DNA of 64,000 nucleotides from Bacteroidota bacterium (lineage in GTDB: Bacteria; Bacteroidota; Bacteroidia; Chitinophagales; LD1), in contig CANJLD010000004.1 in assembly GCA_947475165.1 (NCBI GenBank), forward strand, positions 9,791 through 73,790, read 5' to 3'. Below, piece by piece: positions 28,564 through 38,129 of this stretch (position 1 is its first letter; every line of letters starts with the position of its first letter). Position numbers and translations under genes: made by a program. Below the pieces are notes generated by a model that did no database searches, was not told the DNA's origin, and saw nothing but the letters and a program-made list of their open reading frames with translations.

Positions 28564-28884
28564 ATGAAAAATTTTTTACTCGTATGCCTATTAGGCATGG
28601 GCGCGCTGTTGCCCGCAACAACAACTACAGCAAAAGAAAGTATTTCTAAACGTATCATTAACGTAACCATGGAAGATTGGGTGTTGGTTGGCACTTCGCA
28701 AACGGAAGATGGACCTATTGTTAATATGTCAGTGTTAACAATCCCAGGAGGATTGAGAGTTGCAACACAATCATGCAACGGTTACACTTGCTCTTTGAGT
28801 GTGGCTGATTTACCTTCTGGAGCTTATGTAGCACGTGTAACTACCACTAATGGAGTTTACACAGAGCAATTCAAAAAGTATTAA
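28564..28884 (+). CDS. small secreted protein consisting of a signal peptide plus a T9SS CTD-like domain
   Basis: 106 aa with signal peptide MKNFLLVCLLGMGALLPA. The C-terminus SLSVADLPSGAYVARVTTTNGVYTEQFKKY resembles the last strands of T9SS type A sorting domains. Confidence 0.5.
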   Translation: MKNFLLVCLLGMGALLPATTTTAKESISKRIINVTMEDWVLVGTSQTEDGPIVNMSVLTIPGGLRVATQSCNGYTCSLSVADLPSGAYVARVTTTNGVYTEQFKKY

Positions 28885-30359
28885 ACTATTGAATGGTCAT
28901 GCAATAGTTGTTGTGTGACCATTCTTTTTGTTCTTCCATTTTTATGAGTCAATTGCTCAATCTGCCAGTTACTTCCCGGAAAATATTCTTCTGCTTTTAA
29001 TTCTTGAAGAATTTCGTCAGTCTTATGCTTATTTGCTTTTACCAGTTTTGTGGCGTAACCAATAAAGCTGTAGAATGTTTTGGAAAGATGTTGGATCTGT
29101 TTCTCGTTTCGTTGCAGATAGTGGTTATACGAGTCAAGTTGATTCAATAACTCATCAGTATCATAAGGGTCATACTCATAAGCACTCATCCATTGCCAGC
29201 GTCTGATAATGCTGTTAAATACAACTTCTTCTTTTGCCTGCGCCAATAAAAAAAAGCGAATAGCATCTTTATGCTTTTGAAGAGAATAAGAATGAAGACC
29301 TCTGGCAAAAGCCAAGTTGGTTTCATAATGTTCTTCAGGCAAACGGGGCGCGTAGATTTTAATTATTTGGTCTATCCACTCTGGATTCTTTTTGTTTTGC
29401 GTTGCAATGCTCACAATGTTGCGAAAAGTAATTGGCAACATTTTGGCATGCTGTAGAAGGAAATTGTGTTTGATTTTAAATTCCATCCACCACAGATATT
29501 CATTACCGGCATCTTGGTAGCCTCTACTGTACCAAGTAAGGCAGTGATTAATCGCATAAGTCATACTTTCAGCAATACTTAAGGGAAGTGCTGTGGAATT
29601 GTGGTTTGTGGCGTATTGCTTAATAAGTTGATAATAAAGGCTACTCTCTTCATACGTCTTTTCTGCAAGCATATGATAAACATTTACAAAAAGATACGCG
29701 TATGGATATTTCTCATTGGTATATGGTTCCAGAATCTGTAACAAACTTGGAATTTGAGCATCGTAGGAGATATTACCAAATACTTGCTGGCGATTAAGTG
29801 CTTCACAGAGGTAACGCAATTTCTTTACTGCGTAAGATTCATCAAGTGTTTGAATAACCGAAACTATATTGTGATTGGAAGTGCGATTCAACTTGGCATC
29901 GAAGCCATTAAAGGAAAGTTCAGTAACAAGATGACGGTGAAAAAAAGTTTGAACGTCCTGCTCTGGACATGCTTTTAACCGTATCATTTCCTCTTCGTAA
30001 CCCTTATCGAACTGTCCGGTAAGTTGAAGTTCTTTAAAGCCGCTAAGACGATTCAATGTTGTGGAATGTTTGTGTTTCTGCCAGTTTTCAATAGCAATAA
30101 ACTGCTCTAATGCTTCCAATAGTTCACTTCCTACACGTGATTGTTTAGCTGGTGTAGATATAAACTGCGCAACTTGTCCTATTACTTCGGGGGTTATTTT
30201 GTTTGGTGGAAAGCGAGGATGTAAAGGTGCAAAATAGTCGAACATAATGACCGCACCTTCAGGAACTTTGAAATAAGGAGAGTGTATGAAACTCTTTAAA
30301 CTCTTCACTTGCTGAGCGTCTAAAGCCTTGAGCGTAGAAATTAGTTTATGGAGATGCAT
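28881..30359 (-). CDS. hypothetical all-alpha protein (492 aa), no recognisable catalytic motif
   Basis: Long ORF with no signal peptide. N-terminus LISTLKALDAQQVKSLKSFIHSPYF. Its 3' end overlaps the convergent small gene by 4 nt. Confidence 0.7.
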   Translation of the reverse strand: MHLHKLISTLKALDAQQVKSLKSFIHSPYFKVPEGAVIMFDYFAPLHPRFPPNKITPEVIGQVAQFISTPAKQSRVGSELLEALEQFIAIENWQKHKHSTTLNRLSGFKELQLTGQFDKGYEEEMIRLKACPEQDVQTFFHRHLVTELSFNGFDAKLNRTSNHNIVSVIQTLDESYAVKKLRYLCEALNRQQVFGNISYDAQIPSLLQILEPYTNEKYPYAYLFVNVYHMLAEKTYEESSLYYQLIKQYATNHNSTALPLSIAESMTYAINHCLTWYSRGYQDAGNEYLWWMEFKIKHNFLLQHAKMLPITFRNIVSIATQNKKNPEWIDQIIKIYAPRLPEEHYETNLAFARGLHSYSLQKHKDAIRFFLLAQAKEEVVFNSIIRRWQWMSAYEYDPYDTDELLNQLDSYNHYLQRNEKQIQHLSKTFYSFIGYATKLVKANKHKTDEILQELKAEEYFPGSNWQIEQLTHKNGRTKRMVTQQLLHDHSIV

Positions 30360-30564
30360 AGCAGGTTAAATTAGAAAGGGACAATTTTGGGTTAAAACGT
30401 TAATCTCTGTAGCTGGTTGTTTTTTAATCTTCCTGCTTGTGTAACCAAATATAAATAAAAAAGCTATCGAAAAAATGAAACAAAATTTCTATTCGTTTAA
30501 GGCAAGTAAAAAATAGTTCCTTATTGCTGAATGCTATTTGGTAATGCTGGTTAAATTTGAGCTG

Positions 30565-31695
30565 ATGAACAAACCTTTACGAATTGGAATTCTTGGTGGC
30601 GGACAGTTGGGAAGAATGTTATTGCAAACAGCCGCTAACTATCACGTAGAAACTTTTGTTCTTGAATCCGGGAAAAATCCACCCGCATCTTCACTCTGCC
30701 ATTATTTTATTGAAGGTGACATAAAAGATTACGATACTGTTTACAAATTCGGCAAGTTGGTAGATGTGCTGACTATTGAAATAGAAAACGTAAATCTTGA
30801 GGCGCTGTTTAAATTAGAAGAAGAAGGATTGAAAATTTTTCCTCGACCAAGTGCCTTGAAAATTATCAAGGATAAGGGATTGCAGAAAGAGTTTTACAAA
30901 CAACATCGTATTCCAACTTCTGAATTTTACTTAATCAACCGTAAGCACGAGTTGAACAGCTACTTTAATTTTTTGCCGGTGGCGCAAAAACTCCGCAACG
31001 GAGGTTACGATGGCAAGGGAGTAGAAATATTGCGCGATGAAACTGATTTTACCAAAGCATTCGATGCTCCGTGTGTAATTGAAAAACTCGTTTCAATTCG
31101 AAAAGAAATTTCAGTAATAGTTGCGAAGAATGAAAATGGAGAAACGTCTGTTTACCCTCCGGTCGAAATGGTTTTCGACCCGCGTTATAATCTGGTTGAT
31201 TATCTTCTTTCTCCTGCAGAATTAACAGAAGCACAAATTAATCGTGCGCAAAGTATTGCAATTGATGTAATGAATGCACTTGACAGTCCGGGAATTTTTG
31301 CGGTAGAAATGTTTTTAGATACAAACGGAAATATTCTGGTAAACGAAACTGCACCACGTGCGCATAACAGTGGACATCAAAGCATAGAAGGAAATTACTC
31401 TTCACAATATGAAATGCAGATGCGAGTGTTGCAGAATTTCCCTTTGGGCGATACCTCATCAATTAAACCATCGCTGATGTTAAACCTTATTGGCGAGCCA
31501 AAATGTACCGGTGCGGTAAAATACAAAGGACTGGAAGAAGTGATGAAAATGAAAGGTGTTTACATCCATTTTTACGGCAAGCACGAAACCAAACCAGGGC
31601 GAAAGATGGGACATGTAACTATTCTTGGAGAAGACAAAGACGAGTTGTTGCAGAAAGCAGAGTTTATTAAAGATAAATTGAAAGTTATTTCATAA
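30565..31695 (+). CDS. purK: 5-(carboxyamino)imidazole ribonucleotide synthase
   Basis: N-terminal RIGILGGGQLGRM, an ATP-grasp region, and C-terminal GRKMGHVT. Followed by purE. The start is moved to MNKPL. Confidence 0.9.
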   Translation: MNKPLRIGILGGGQLGRMLLQTAANYHVETFVLESGKNPPASSLCHYFIEGDIKDYDTVYKFGKLVDVLTIEIENVNLEALFKLEEEGLKIFPRPSALKIIKDKGLQKEFYKQHRIPTSEFYLINRKHELNSYFNFLPVAQKLRNGGYDGKGVEILRDETDFTKAFDAPCVIEKLVSIRKEISVIVAKNENGETSVYPPVEMVFDPRYNLVDYLLSPAELTEAQINRAQSIAIDVMNALDSPGIFAVEMFLDTNGNILVNETAPRAHNSGHQSIEGNYSSQYEMQMRVLQNFPLGDTSSIKPSLMLNLIGEPKCTGAVKYKGLEEVMKMKGVYIHFYGKHETKPGRKMGHVTILGEDKDELLQKAEFIKDKLKVIS

Positions 31696-31722
31696 TTATA
31701 GTTTTACAGCAAATATCCATCT

Positions 31723-32241
31723 ATGAGCAAACCGCAGGTAGGAATTATAATGGGCAGCGAAAGCGATTTAAAAATAATGCAAGAATCAGCCGATGTGCTG
31801 AAAAATTTTGGAATTGAATTTGAATTGACTGTTGTAAGTGCGCATCGCACACCTGAAAGAATGATGGAATATGCGAGCACTGCAAGCGAAAGAGGATTGA
31901 AAGTAATTATAGCCGGTGCCGGTGGCGCTGCACACCTTCCAGGTATGGTAGCTGCTGTTACAACCTTGCCGGTTATTGGCGTTCCTATTAAATCATCTAA
32001 CTCTATTGATGGTTGGGATTCTGTTCTTTCTATTCTTCAAATGCCTTCGGGTGTGCCGGTGGCAACTGTTGCATTAAACGGAGCAAAGAATGCAGGAATA
32101 CTTGCCGCGCAAATAATCGGCTCATCTGATAAATCTATTTCTGAAAAGCTTGTTGCATTCAAAAAAGAGTTGAAACAAAAAGTAGAAACTTCTATCCGTG
32201 AAATAAAAATTGCAGGATTTAAGAATGAGTTTGATTCCTGA
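31723..32241 (+). CDS. purE: 5-(carboxyamino)imidazole ribonucleotide mutase
   Basis: 172 aa with [18 protein letters not shown] and [13 protein letters not shown] motifs. Confidence 0.9.
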   Translation: MSKPQVGIIMGSESDLKIMQESADVLKNFGIEFELTVVSAHRTPERMMEYASTASERGLKVIIAGAGGAAHLPGMVAAVTTLPVIGVPIKSSNSIDGWDSVLSILQMPSGVPVATVALNGAKNAGILAAQIIGSSDKSISEKLVAFKKELKQKVETSIREIKIAGFKNEFDS

Positions 32242-32243
32242 AA

Positions 32244-32648
32244 TTACTTGATGGTAATTCCGTTCCCAGAACTGTTTATTTCTAATTGAGTAGTGTTTGC
32301 CTGTATGGAAACACAAGAAACAGTTTTCTCTCCGTTGAGTATGCACACCACTTCGTTTACGTGAACGTATAGAACGTTTTTACTCAACCCACCAGCGGTT
32401 CTTTTCTTCGCCAGGTTTTTTAGTTCATCTTTTGGTCCTGCAAAAATGACGATGGTTCCTTCAGAAAGATTTTTTAAAGTAACGGTTACTTCTTTGCCAA
32501 CAACCGGTGAAGGTTTCTTTGCAGTAGTTGTTGTTTTAGGTTTGGTTGTTGTTTTAGTTTTTTTCTTTACAGTTGTCTGCGCATACGAATTAGTGAATGC
32601 AAAACTTAGTAGCACAATGCTTAAAACTATTTTCAATAAAGGTTTCAT
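32244..32648 (-). CDS. hypothetical secreted protein with a Lys/Thr-rich linker
   Basis: 134 aa with a signal peptide (..SFAFTNSYAQ) followed by KKKTKTTTKPKTTTTAKKP. Confidence 0.6.
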   Translation of the reverse strand: MKPLLKIVLSIVLLSFAFTNSYAQTTVKKKTKTTTKPKTTTTAKKPSPVVGKEVTVTLKNLSEGTIVIFAGPKDELKNLAKKRTAGGLSKNVLYVHVNEVVCILNGEKTVSCVSIQANTTQLEINSSGNGITIK

Positions 32649-32657
32649 GCGGTGAAG

Positions 32658-33383
32658 TTACACTAACTTCATCAGGTCTTCTACTCCGGGAATTCGGTTC
32701 AATGTAAATGCCTCCGCATATTTTACTCCTATAGGAACGCCAAAGTGCATGGCGCGCGCTTTTACAAATTCTAAAAATTCGGGTGACGAAATGAAAGTTT
32801 CATCTTCGGTTGAATTGGGATTGAAAAATTGCGATTTGAAAGCAAGAATAGCTTGCTGTTTTCTATCGAAATATTTCGTTATGTCAACTACAAAATCCGG
32901 CTCGGCATGTATGGCTTGGATATAGTGATATAAAGCCTTTGGGCGAAACGCTTTTTGTTTTTCGCCTTTCAGTTTGGTTTCAATTTTAGAAAGACCGGAA
33001 AGAAAGCAGGCATCGTAAGTAAGTTGTGCGCTGCGTCCGTGGTCAGGATGCCGGTCGTATTTAGCATTGCTGATAACTACTGCGGGCTGGTATTTGCGGA
33101 TTATTTTAATGAGTTCGAGTTGGTGCGCTTTATCGTTCACAAAAAAACCGTCTTCAAAACCAAGATTCTCACGAACTTTAACGCCAAGAATTTTTGAGGA
33201 AGACTCCACTTCTTTCATTCGCAATTTTGCGGTGCCGCGCGTTCCCAATTCACCTTTGGTTAAATCGAGAATACCCACTTTGTATCCTGCGTCAATTTGT
33301 TTCATTAAAGTACCGGAACAGCCAAGTTCTACATCATCGGGGTGAACGCCTATGGCGAGTATGTCTAATTTCATATTATACAC
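32658..33383 (-). CDS. bshB1: PIG-L family deacetylase, bacillithiol biosynthesis deacetylase BshB1-like
   Basis: LDILAIGVHPDDVELGCSGT, DLTKGELGTRGT and YDRHPDHGRSAQL are closely colinear with Bacillus BshB1 as I remember it. Confidence 0.65.
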   Translation of the reverse strand: MYNMKLDILAIGVHPDDVELGCSGTLMKQIDAGYKVGILDLTKGELGTRGTAKLRMKEVESSSKILGVKVRENLGFEDGFFVNDKAHQLELIKIIRKYQPAVVISNAKYDRHPDHGRSAQLTYDACFLSGLSKIETKLKGEKQKAFRPKALYHYIQAIHAEPDFVVDITKYFDRKQQAILAFKSQFFNPNSTEDETFISSPEFLEFVKARAMHFGVPIGVKYAEAFTLNRIPGVEDLMKLV

Positions 33384-33828
33384 CGAACTGCTTTAGATGA
33401 TGGTTAAAATGTATTACAAGTAAATCTCTCCATTGCTTTTTGTCAAGTTTGCCAAATAGTGGATGTGGTTTTAGTTTTTCCTCTTCACGCTCATTAAATA
33501 CATCGAGCATCTTTTTCAGAAACTCCAATTCAGTATAAAAGTCGCGCGGTTTGCTGCCTTCTATCTTCTGATTTATTTCTACCGGTGCATTTGAATTCTT
33601 TGGAAAAAAACCTAATCCATAAACAACCAACGGAAATAAAATCTTATTCCAGAAAAAATTCGATTTGTCTTTTGCTTCTTTCATTCCCAGGCTAAGACGA
33701 AAAGCATCGTTCATATGCGTAAGCATTTGAGTTACGTTCATGCTCCCCCATTGTGACTTTGTATCTGGCGTAAGTTTATCTAAACGCTTCGTGAATTCAG
33801 AAATATTATGTTCAGAGAAATTGTTCAT
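33376..33828 (-). CDS. DUF1569 (DinB-superfamily-like) protein
   Basis: 150 aa with C-terminal HPLFGKLDKKQWRDLLVIHFNHHLKQFGV. Overlaps bshB1 by 8 nt. Confidence 0.55.
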   Translation of the reverse strand: MNNFSEHNISEFTKRLDKLTPDTKSQWGSMNVTQMLTHMNDAFRLSLGMKEAKDKSNFFWNKILFPLVVYGLGFFPKNSNAPVEINQKIEGSKPRDFYTELEFLKKMLDVFNEREEEKLKPHPLFGKLDKKQWRDLLVIHFNHHLKQFGV

Positions 33829-33837
33829 GAATATTTT

Positions 33838-34611
33838 CTAATGTGGTTGCTGCCCGTATTGTTGCTGTAAACGTTTCATCATTTCTTCGCGCTCCTTCGG
33901 ACTCATGTTTTTTAGCTTCTCCATCATTTCCTGCATACCTTCACCACCAGGCATTCCCGAAAAGCCGTTTCCTTTGGTGTAGCCGCTTAAACTAAAAAGG
34001 ACAGCTGGATTATTTCTTTTCTCTACTTTCACTAATTCCATCTGCATACCTTGACCACGCTCTTCAATTTTAATTCTAACAGTCATTCCATCGGCACCTT
34101 TGGCAGCAAGGGCTTTATACATGTTCTCTTTGCCGGTGTATTTAGATTTTACTTTCGAGAAATCAACATAACCTGCTATATCCTTAGTCGTCCATAATTC
34201 TTCGCGCTGCTTGCCGTTTATTTTTATGATGACATGTGTGGTATTATAGCCGTTCACGGTTTCTTTGCCAACCACGGTTATTTCATATTCTGCCTGCGCA
34301 CGGTCTTTCCACTCGTCATCGTTGCTGCTTTCAATTTCGCTGTATGTTTTATCCTTCTCGTTAAGTAAGTAAATTTTGCTCGGCTCGGCTTTAAGTGTAA
34401 GCGATGTAATTTTCATTTCTCCGCCCGGCATTTGCGGTACAGCCATATTTACTTCTGCACGGGTGTTTCCATCTTGTGAAAAGGATTTCATTGTTCCACT
34501 TCCGGCAGCTTCTTTTCCCGTAGAAGTTATTTTGAATTCCATATAAAAGCCCTGAGAGAATAGAGAGAGTGTGATGATTGCCAAAGCAATTGTGCTAAGT
34601 GCTCTTTTCAT
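33838..34611 (-). CDS. hypothetical secreted protein (possibly DUF4412-like)
   Basis: 257 aa with a signal peptide, a beta-rich body and a Met/Gln/Glu-rich tail (PGGEGMQEMMEKLKNMSPKEREEMMKRLQQQYGQQPH). Confidence 0.6.
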   Translation of the reverse strand: MKRALSTIALAIITLSLFSQGFYMEFKITSTGKEAAGSGTMKSFSQDGNTRAEVNMAVPQMPGGEMKITSLTLKAEPSKIYLLNEKDKTYSEIESSNDDEWKDRAQAEYEITVVGKETVNGYNTTHVIIKINGKQREELWTTKDIAGYVDFSKVKSKYTGKENMYKALAAKGADGMTVRIKIEERGQGMQMELVKVEKRNNPAVLFSLSGYTKGNGFSGMPGGEGMQEMMEKLKNMSPKEREEMMKRLQQQYGQQPH

Positions 34612-34664
34612 AACAACTATTTTTTGTTTTGTAAAAATAAAAGTATGAGTGAAACAAAGATGAA

Positions 34665-36653
34665 TTATTGCCCAATCAAACTTCTTAAATATTGCGCTTG
34701 GGTTTTATTGCCGGTCATTTCATAGGCAATACTCAGGTAGTAAATAGCGTTTGGATTTTCTTTGTTTAAAGATAAGCAGGTGTTCAACGCATTCATTCCT
34801 TTCTGCACGCGCGATGGATCTGTTTGTGCTGTTTGTAAATAAGCTAAGCCCAGGTTCATCAAGGCAAAATCATTCTTAGGGTATTTTGCGCAATACGGTT
34901 CCAGTAATCGAAGCGCAGTTTCAAAATCATTTTTCTTTATTGCTTCACTAGCCAGATAATCGCTCTTGTCATCTTTCCTTATCACACACGAAAGAGGAAC
35001 GCCATCGGCATAAACGGTATGCACACTTTGCTCGGGAGGGAAACATTGATTGCGCAACAATTCACAATCTACAAAGCGACAGTACATAATTTCATAGTCT
35101 GCATCCTTCTCGCTTCGTTGACGATAACTGGCGTAGCCAACCGGTGCCACTTTAGCTGAGTCAACTTTAAAATAAAAGCCCACCGGTCCTACCGCGTTGG
35201 TATATATAGTGGTTCTTCTTCCATCTGTGCGTTTTAAATTTTCATGTTCATGCATCCAGTCGGCACACTGCTTCACGCTGTTCATGTAGTAATCGGTTTC
35301 GTAATTGCTAAAAGCACCTTTAATGCCCCCAACTATTTCATTGAAATAAACGTACTCGTTAGGATGATTCGCAAACATAAAGCGCGCGGGAAGTGCAATA
35401 AAAACAAGCAACACCGCCACTGCGGCATACTTCATGTTCTTCTGTAGCAGATTAATGAAATAACTAAAAGCAAGACCGGTAAGAATGATAATACTAGGAT
35501 AAACAAAGAAGAAGTGGCGCATAGTATCATACAAAACAGACTTCTTGTATATGACATAACCCAAAGGAAATACAATAGTGAAATACAAAAAACCAAGCAG
35601 CAATAATTTGTTTTCTCTCTTCATAAAATTGAAAAGCCCGAACGATAAAACCAATCCGATTAATCCGAAAAGAGGAGTGGAGATAAGCAGCCACTTAGGG
35701 ATATAATGCCACGGCACTTCAGTAGATGAAATGTGTGCGCCTTCAAACAGAATTTTTATTTGTACCGGAAACTTCTGAGCTACATTCAAAGCTTCCATTG
35801 GATGACTGAACGGACTCACTAAGCCATACGGCCAGAATAGCAAACTGATAAAATATCCGAGTGCCGATGCGATCAAAACAAACTTAAAGCTCGGCCATAC
35901 ATTCTCTTTGAATTTTGAGAAGTTGAACAATTCGCCAAAGCCAAGCAAGCCCCACATAGCCAAACCATAAAACAAAAACAGGTATGGAATCAACAGCAAT
36001 CCACCGATACGGATACCCATAGCCATACCAATACTTAGTCCTAAACCAATCGCAGTATTAAGTGTCGGCTTGGGAAGTTGTTTCAAAAATTTAAGAATGA
36101 AAACATACGTAATCATATAACCCGCTGCCATGGTTATATCCTTCGGGTTGTTCATGCTCTCACCAAAAAAGCGCGGAGAGAATGCCATTAGTATGAGCGT
36201 AATTAAGCCGGCTTGCCAACCGGCTATCTCCACGGCAACAAGTGCCGCACAAAACATAGCAAACCATCCGAACATCGAATTCCATGCGTGACGGACATCC
36301 CATTCATTTACCGAGGGAAGTGCCTTGGAGAGGACTGCTGCTGTGCCGTCATAAAACCCACCGTAATAAACCATCAGTGAATCGGGACCAACATTCGAAG
36401 CCGCAGTTTTATCTTTTCCAAACGATGTATAGAAGTTCACTACATCATGCCCGTACATCCGGTGAAAATTCTCATCGCCCGAAATGCCGTATTGATGGCT
36501 GACAGAAACCATCAGGAGAAAAAGTGCAATAGCAAAACCGAAGAATAGTTTTTTTGAGAGTGCTTCGGAAAGAAGAGGAGTCAGATTGAATTCTTTTTTA
36601 GGTTCAACCTTCTTTTCGGCTTTTGGTTGAGGTTTGTTCTGCTGCTTTGCCAT
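34665..36653 (-). CDS. GT-C fold glycosyltransferase (PMT/ArnT-like, family 39/83-like) with C-terminal TPR domain
   Basis: 662 aa with about 11 TM helices, an acidic loop-1 motif (GISGDENFH, compare the DE motif of PMTs) and C-terminal TPR-like repeats (..ALMNLGLAYLQ.., NAIYYLSIAYEMTGNKTQA). Confidence 0.6.
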   Translation of the reverse strand: MAKQQNKPQPKAEKKVEPKKEFNLTPLLSEALSKKLFFGFAIALFLLMVSVSHQYGISGDENFHRMYGHDVVNFYTSFGKDKTAASNVGPDSLMVYYGGFYDGTAAVLSKALPSVNEWDVRHAWNSMFGWFAMFCAALVAVEIAGWQAGLITLILMAFSPRFFGESMNNPKDITMAAGYMITYVFILKFLKQLPKPTLNTAIGLGLSIGMAMGIRIGGLLLIPYLFLFYGLAMWGLLGFGELFNFSKFKENVWPSFKFVLIASALGYFISLLFWPYGLVSPFSHPMEALNVAQKFPVQIKILFEGAHISSTEVPWHYIPKWLLISTPLFGLIGLVLSFGLFNFMKRENKLLLLGFLYFTIVFPLGYVIYKKSVLYDTMRHFFFVYPSIIILTGLAFSYFINLLQKNMKYAAVAVLLVFIALPARFMFANHPNEYVYFNEIVGGIKGAFSNYETDYYMNSVKQCADWMHEHENLKRTDGRRTTIYTNAVGPVGFYFKVDSAKVAPVGYASYRQRSEKDADYEIMYCRFVDCELLRNQCFPPEQSVHTVYADGVPLSCVIRKDDKSDYLASEAIKKNDFETALRLLEPYCAKYPKNDFALMNLGLAYLQTAQTDPSRVQKGMNALNTCLSLNKENPNAIYYLSIAYEMTGNKTQAQYLRSLIGQ

Positions 36654-36680
36654 TCGGGAAATTTGAGCGGCAAAATAGAA

Positions 36681-37388
36681 TTATTTCATGGCAGAAATAA
36701 AAATGGACTGCGAAACGTTTTTCGCTAAAGGAATCTTTTCCAGCACATCGCCCAGAACAACAGACGGTGTAATTAACACATCGGGAACACCGGGCAGAAG
36801 AAAATCTTTGTATTCTACTTTAATGCTTTTGTAACCTGCCTTCGCCAGTTTTTCCGAAACAAATCTTTTTGAAAAGGCCATTTCATCAGGCTCCAGATGC
36901 GTTGCCTTGCGCAGCGCAGCATAAGAGAATATCAGATACACATACGGGTTGTAAATGTTCGGCTCGAGGAAAATCATTTTGCCGCCATCTTTCAATAAGT
37001 GAAGCATGTTGCCGAAGGCTTCATCCAGATGATAATACAAGTGATGCAGAATGCCGTTGCCGATAATGTAGTCGAACTTCTCTCCCTTAAACTGATCGGC
37101 TTTATTGAAATCAAGAATGTCGTAACGCAGATTGGTAAGGGGGAAATTCTTTTTTGCTTCTTCAATGAACGGAACACATAAGTCGGTTCCCAAAACCTGC
37201 ATGCCCGATTTCTTTGCCAGCATAAAAGCATTCTTACCGGTTCCGCAACCTATTTCCATTACTGATTTATCGGAACGCACTTCCATTTGCGAAATCATGT
37301 AATCGCATCTACGCTCAGCACGTATGTGGGTAGATTTGCTGTCGCCCCAAACCTGATTAAAACCTCTATCGTCTTTAATGTTTGCCAT
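36681..37388 (-). CDS. class I SAM-dependent methyltransferase
   Basis: 235 aa with motif I VMEIGCGTGKN. Confidence 0.75.
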   Translation of the reverse strand: MANIKDDRGFNQVWGDSKSTHIRAERRCDYMISQMEVRSDKSVMEIGCGTGKNAFMLAKKSGMQVLGTDLCVPFIEEAKKNFPLTNLRYDILDFNKADQFKGEKFDYIIGNGILHHLYYHLDEAFGNMLHLLKDGGKMIFLEPNIYNPYVYLIFSYAALRKATHLEPDEMAFSKRFVSEKLAKAGYKSIKVEYKDFLLPGVPDVLITPSVVLGDVLEKIPLAKNVSQSIFISAMK

Positions 37389-38129
37389 TTACTTTTTTAC
37401 TATGATGGTGTACCCCAGCGGGTCTTCATCGCTTCCGAGATTTAAAACTAAGGAAAGATGCGCTAGCAAAACTACAGTGATGAGAATAGGAGAAAGTGCC
37501 ATCCAAACCGGAACAAAAATCCATTTCCAAATTTGAGAAGGAAGAAGGTTCCTAAACCACAGCACAATTACCTTGTTTGCAATATTCGCAATGTCAGTTC
37601 CGCGGTTGGTAATTTTTGCAGATCTGAATTTGCTGAACATGGTTTTTAAAGTGCTAGGTGTATATCGGAAGAAATCGTAAGGAATGTAATGATACCTCAC
37701 GCTCCACGGAATAGTGATGATACCGGTGCCGCCTTTCTTCATTACGCGGTGCATTTCATCAATCAACTTCTGATAATTCTGAACATGCTCTAACACTTCG
37801 GTGCAAATCAATCCGTCAAACTTTTCGTTTTCAAACGGAATGTTCTCCCCATCAAAAGGAGTAATGTCAGAGTTGTCGTAATCGAACTTTTCTGCATCTA
37901 CTATATCCACTCCGAAGTATTTGGTTTCACCTGCGTTCAACAAAAACTTGTAAGGCGACTGTCCGCATCCAACATCCAGCACATTTCCTTTGAAGGATGG
38001 AATTGTCTTTACGATGTCGCGGTAAATGGTGAGTATCTGCAAATCCAAAAGCATTCGCCCGTAAAACTTTAGTTTACTGGAGAACGAGTTAGGGGGAGTA
38101 TTGCTATAGGGACGAAAACCTTCTGCCAT
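37389..38129 (-). CDS. class I SAM-dependent methyltransferase with C-terminal TM helices
   Basis: 246 aa with motif I VLDVGCGQSPY and a hydrophobic C-terminus (WIFVPVWMALSPILITVVLLAHL). Confidence 0.7.
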   Translation of the reverse strand: MAEGFRPYSNTPPNSFSSKLKFYGRMLLDLQILTIYRDIVKTIPSFKGNVLDVGCGQSPYKFLLNAGETKYFGVDIVDAEKFDYDNSDITPFDGENIPFENEKFDGLICTEVLEHVQNYQKLIDEMHRVMKKGGTGIITIPWSVRYHYIPYDFFRYTPSTLKTMFSKFRSAKITNRGTDIANIANKVIVLWFRNLLPSQIWKWIFVPVWMALSPILITVVLLAHLSLVLNLGSDEDPLGYTIIVKK

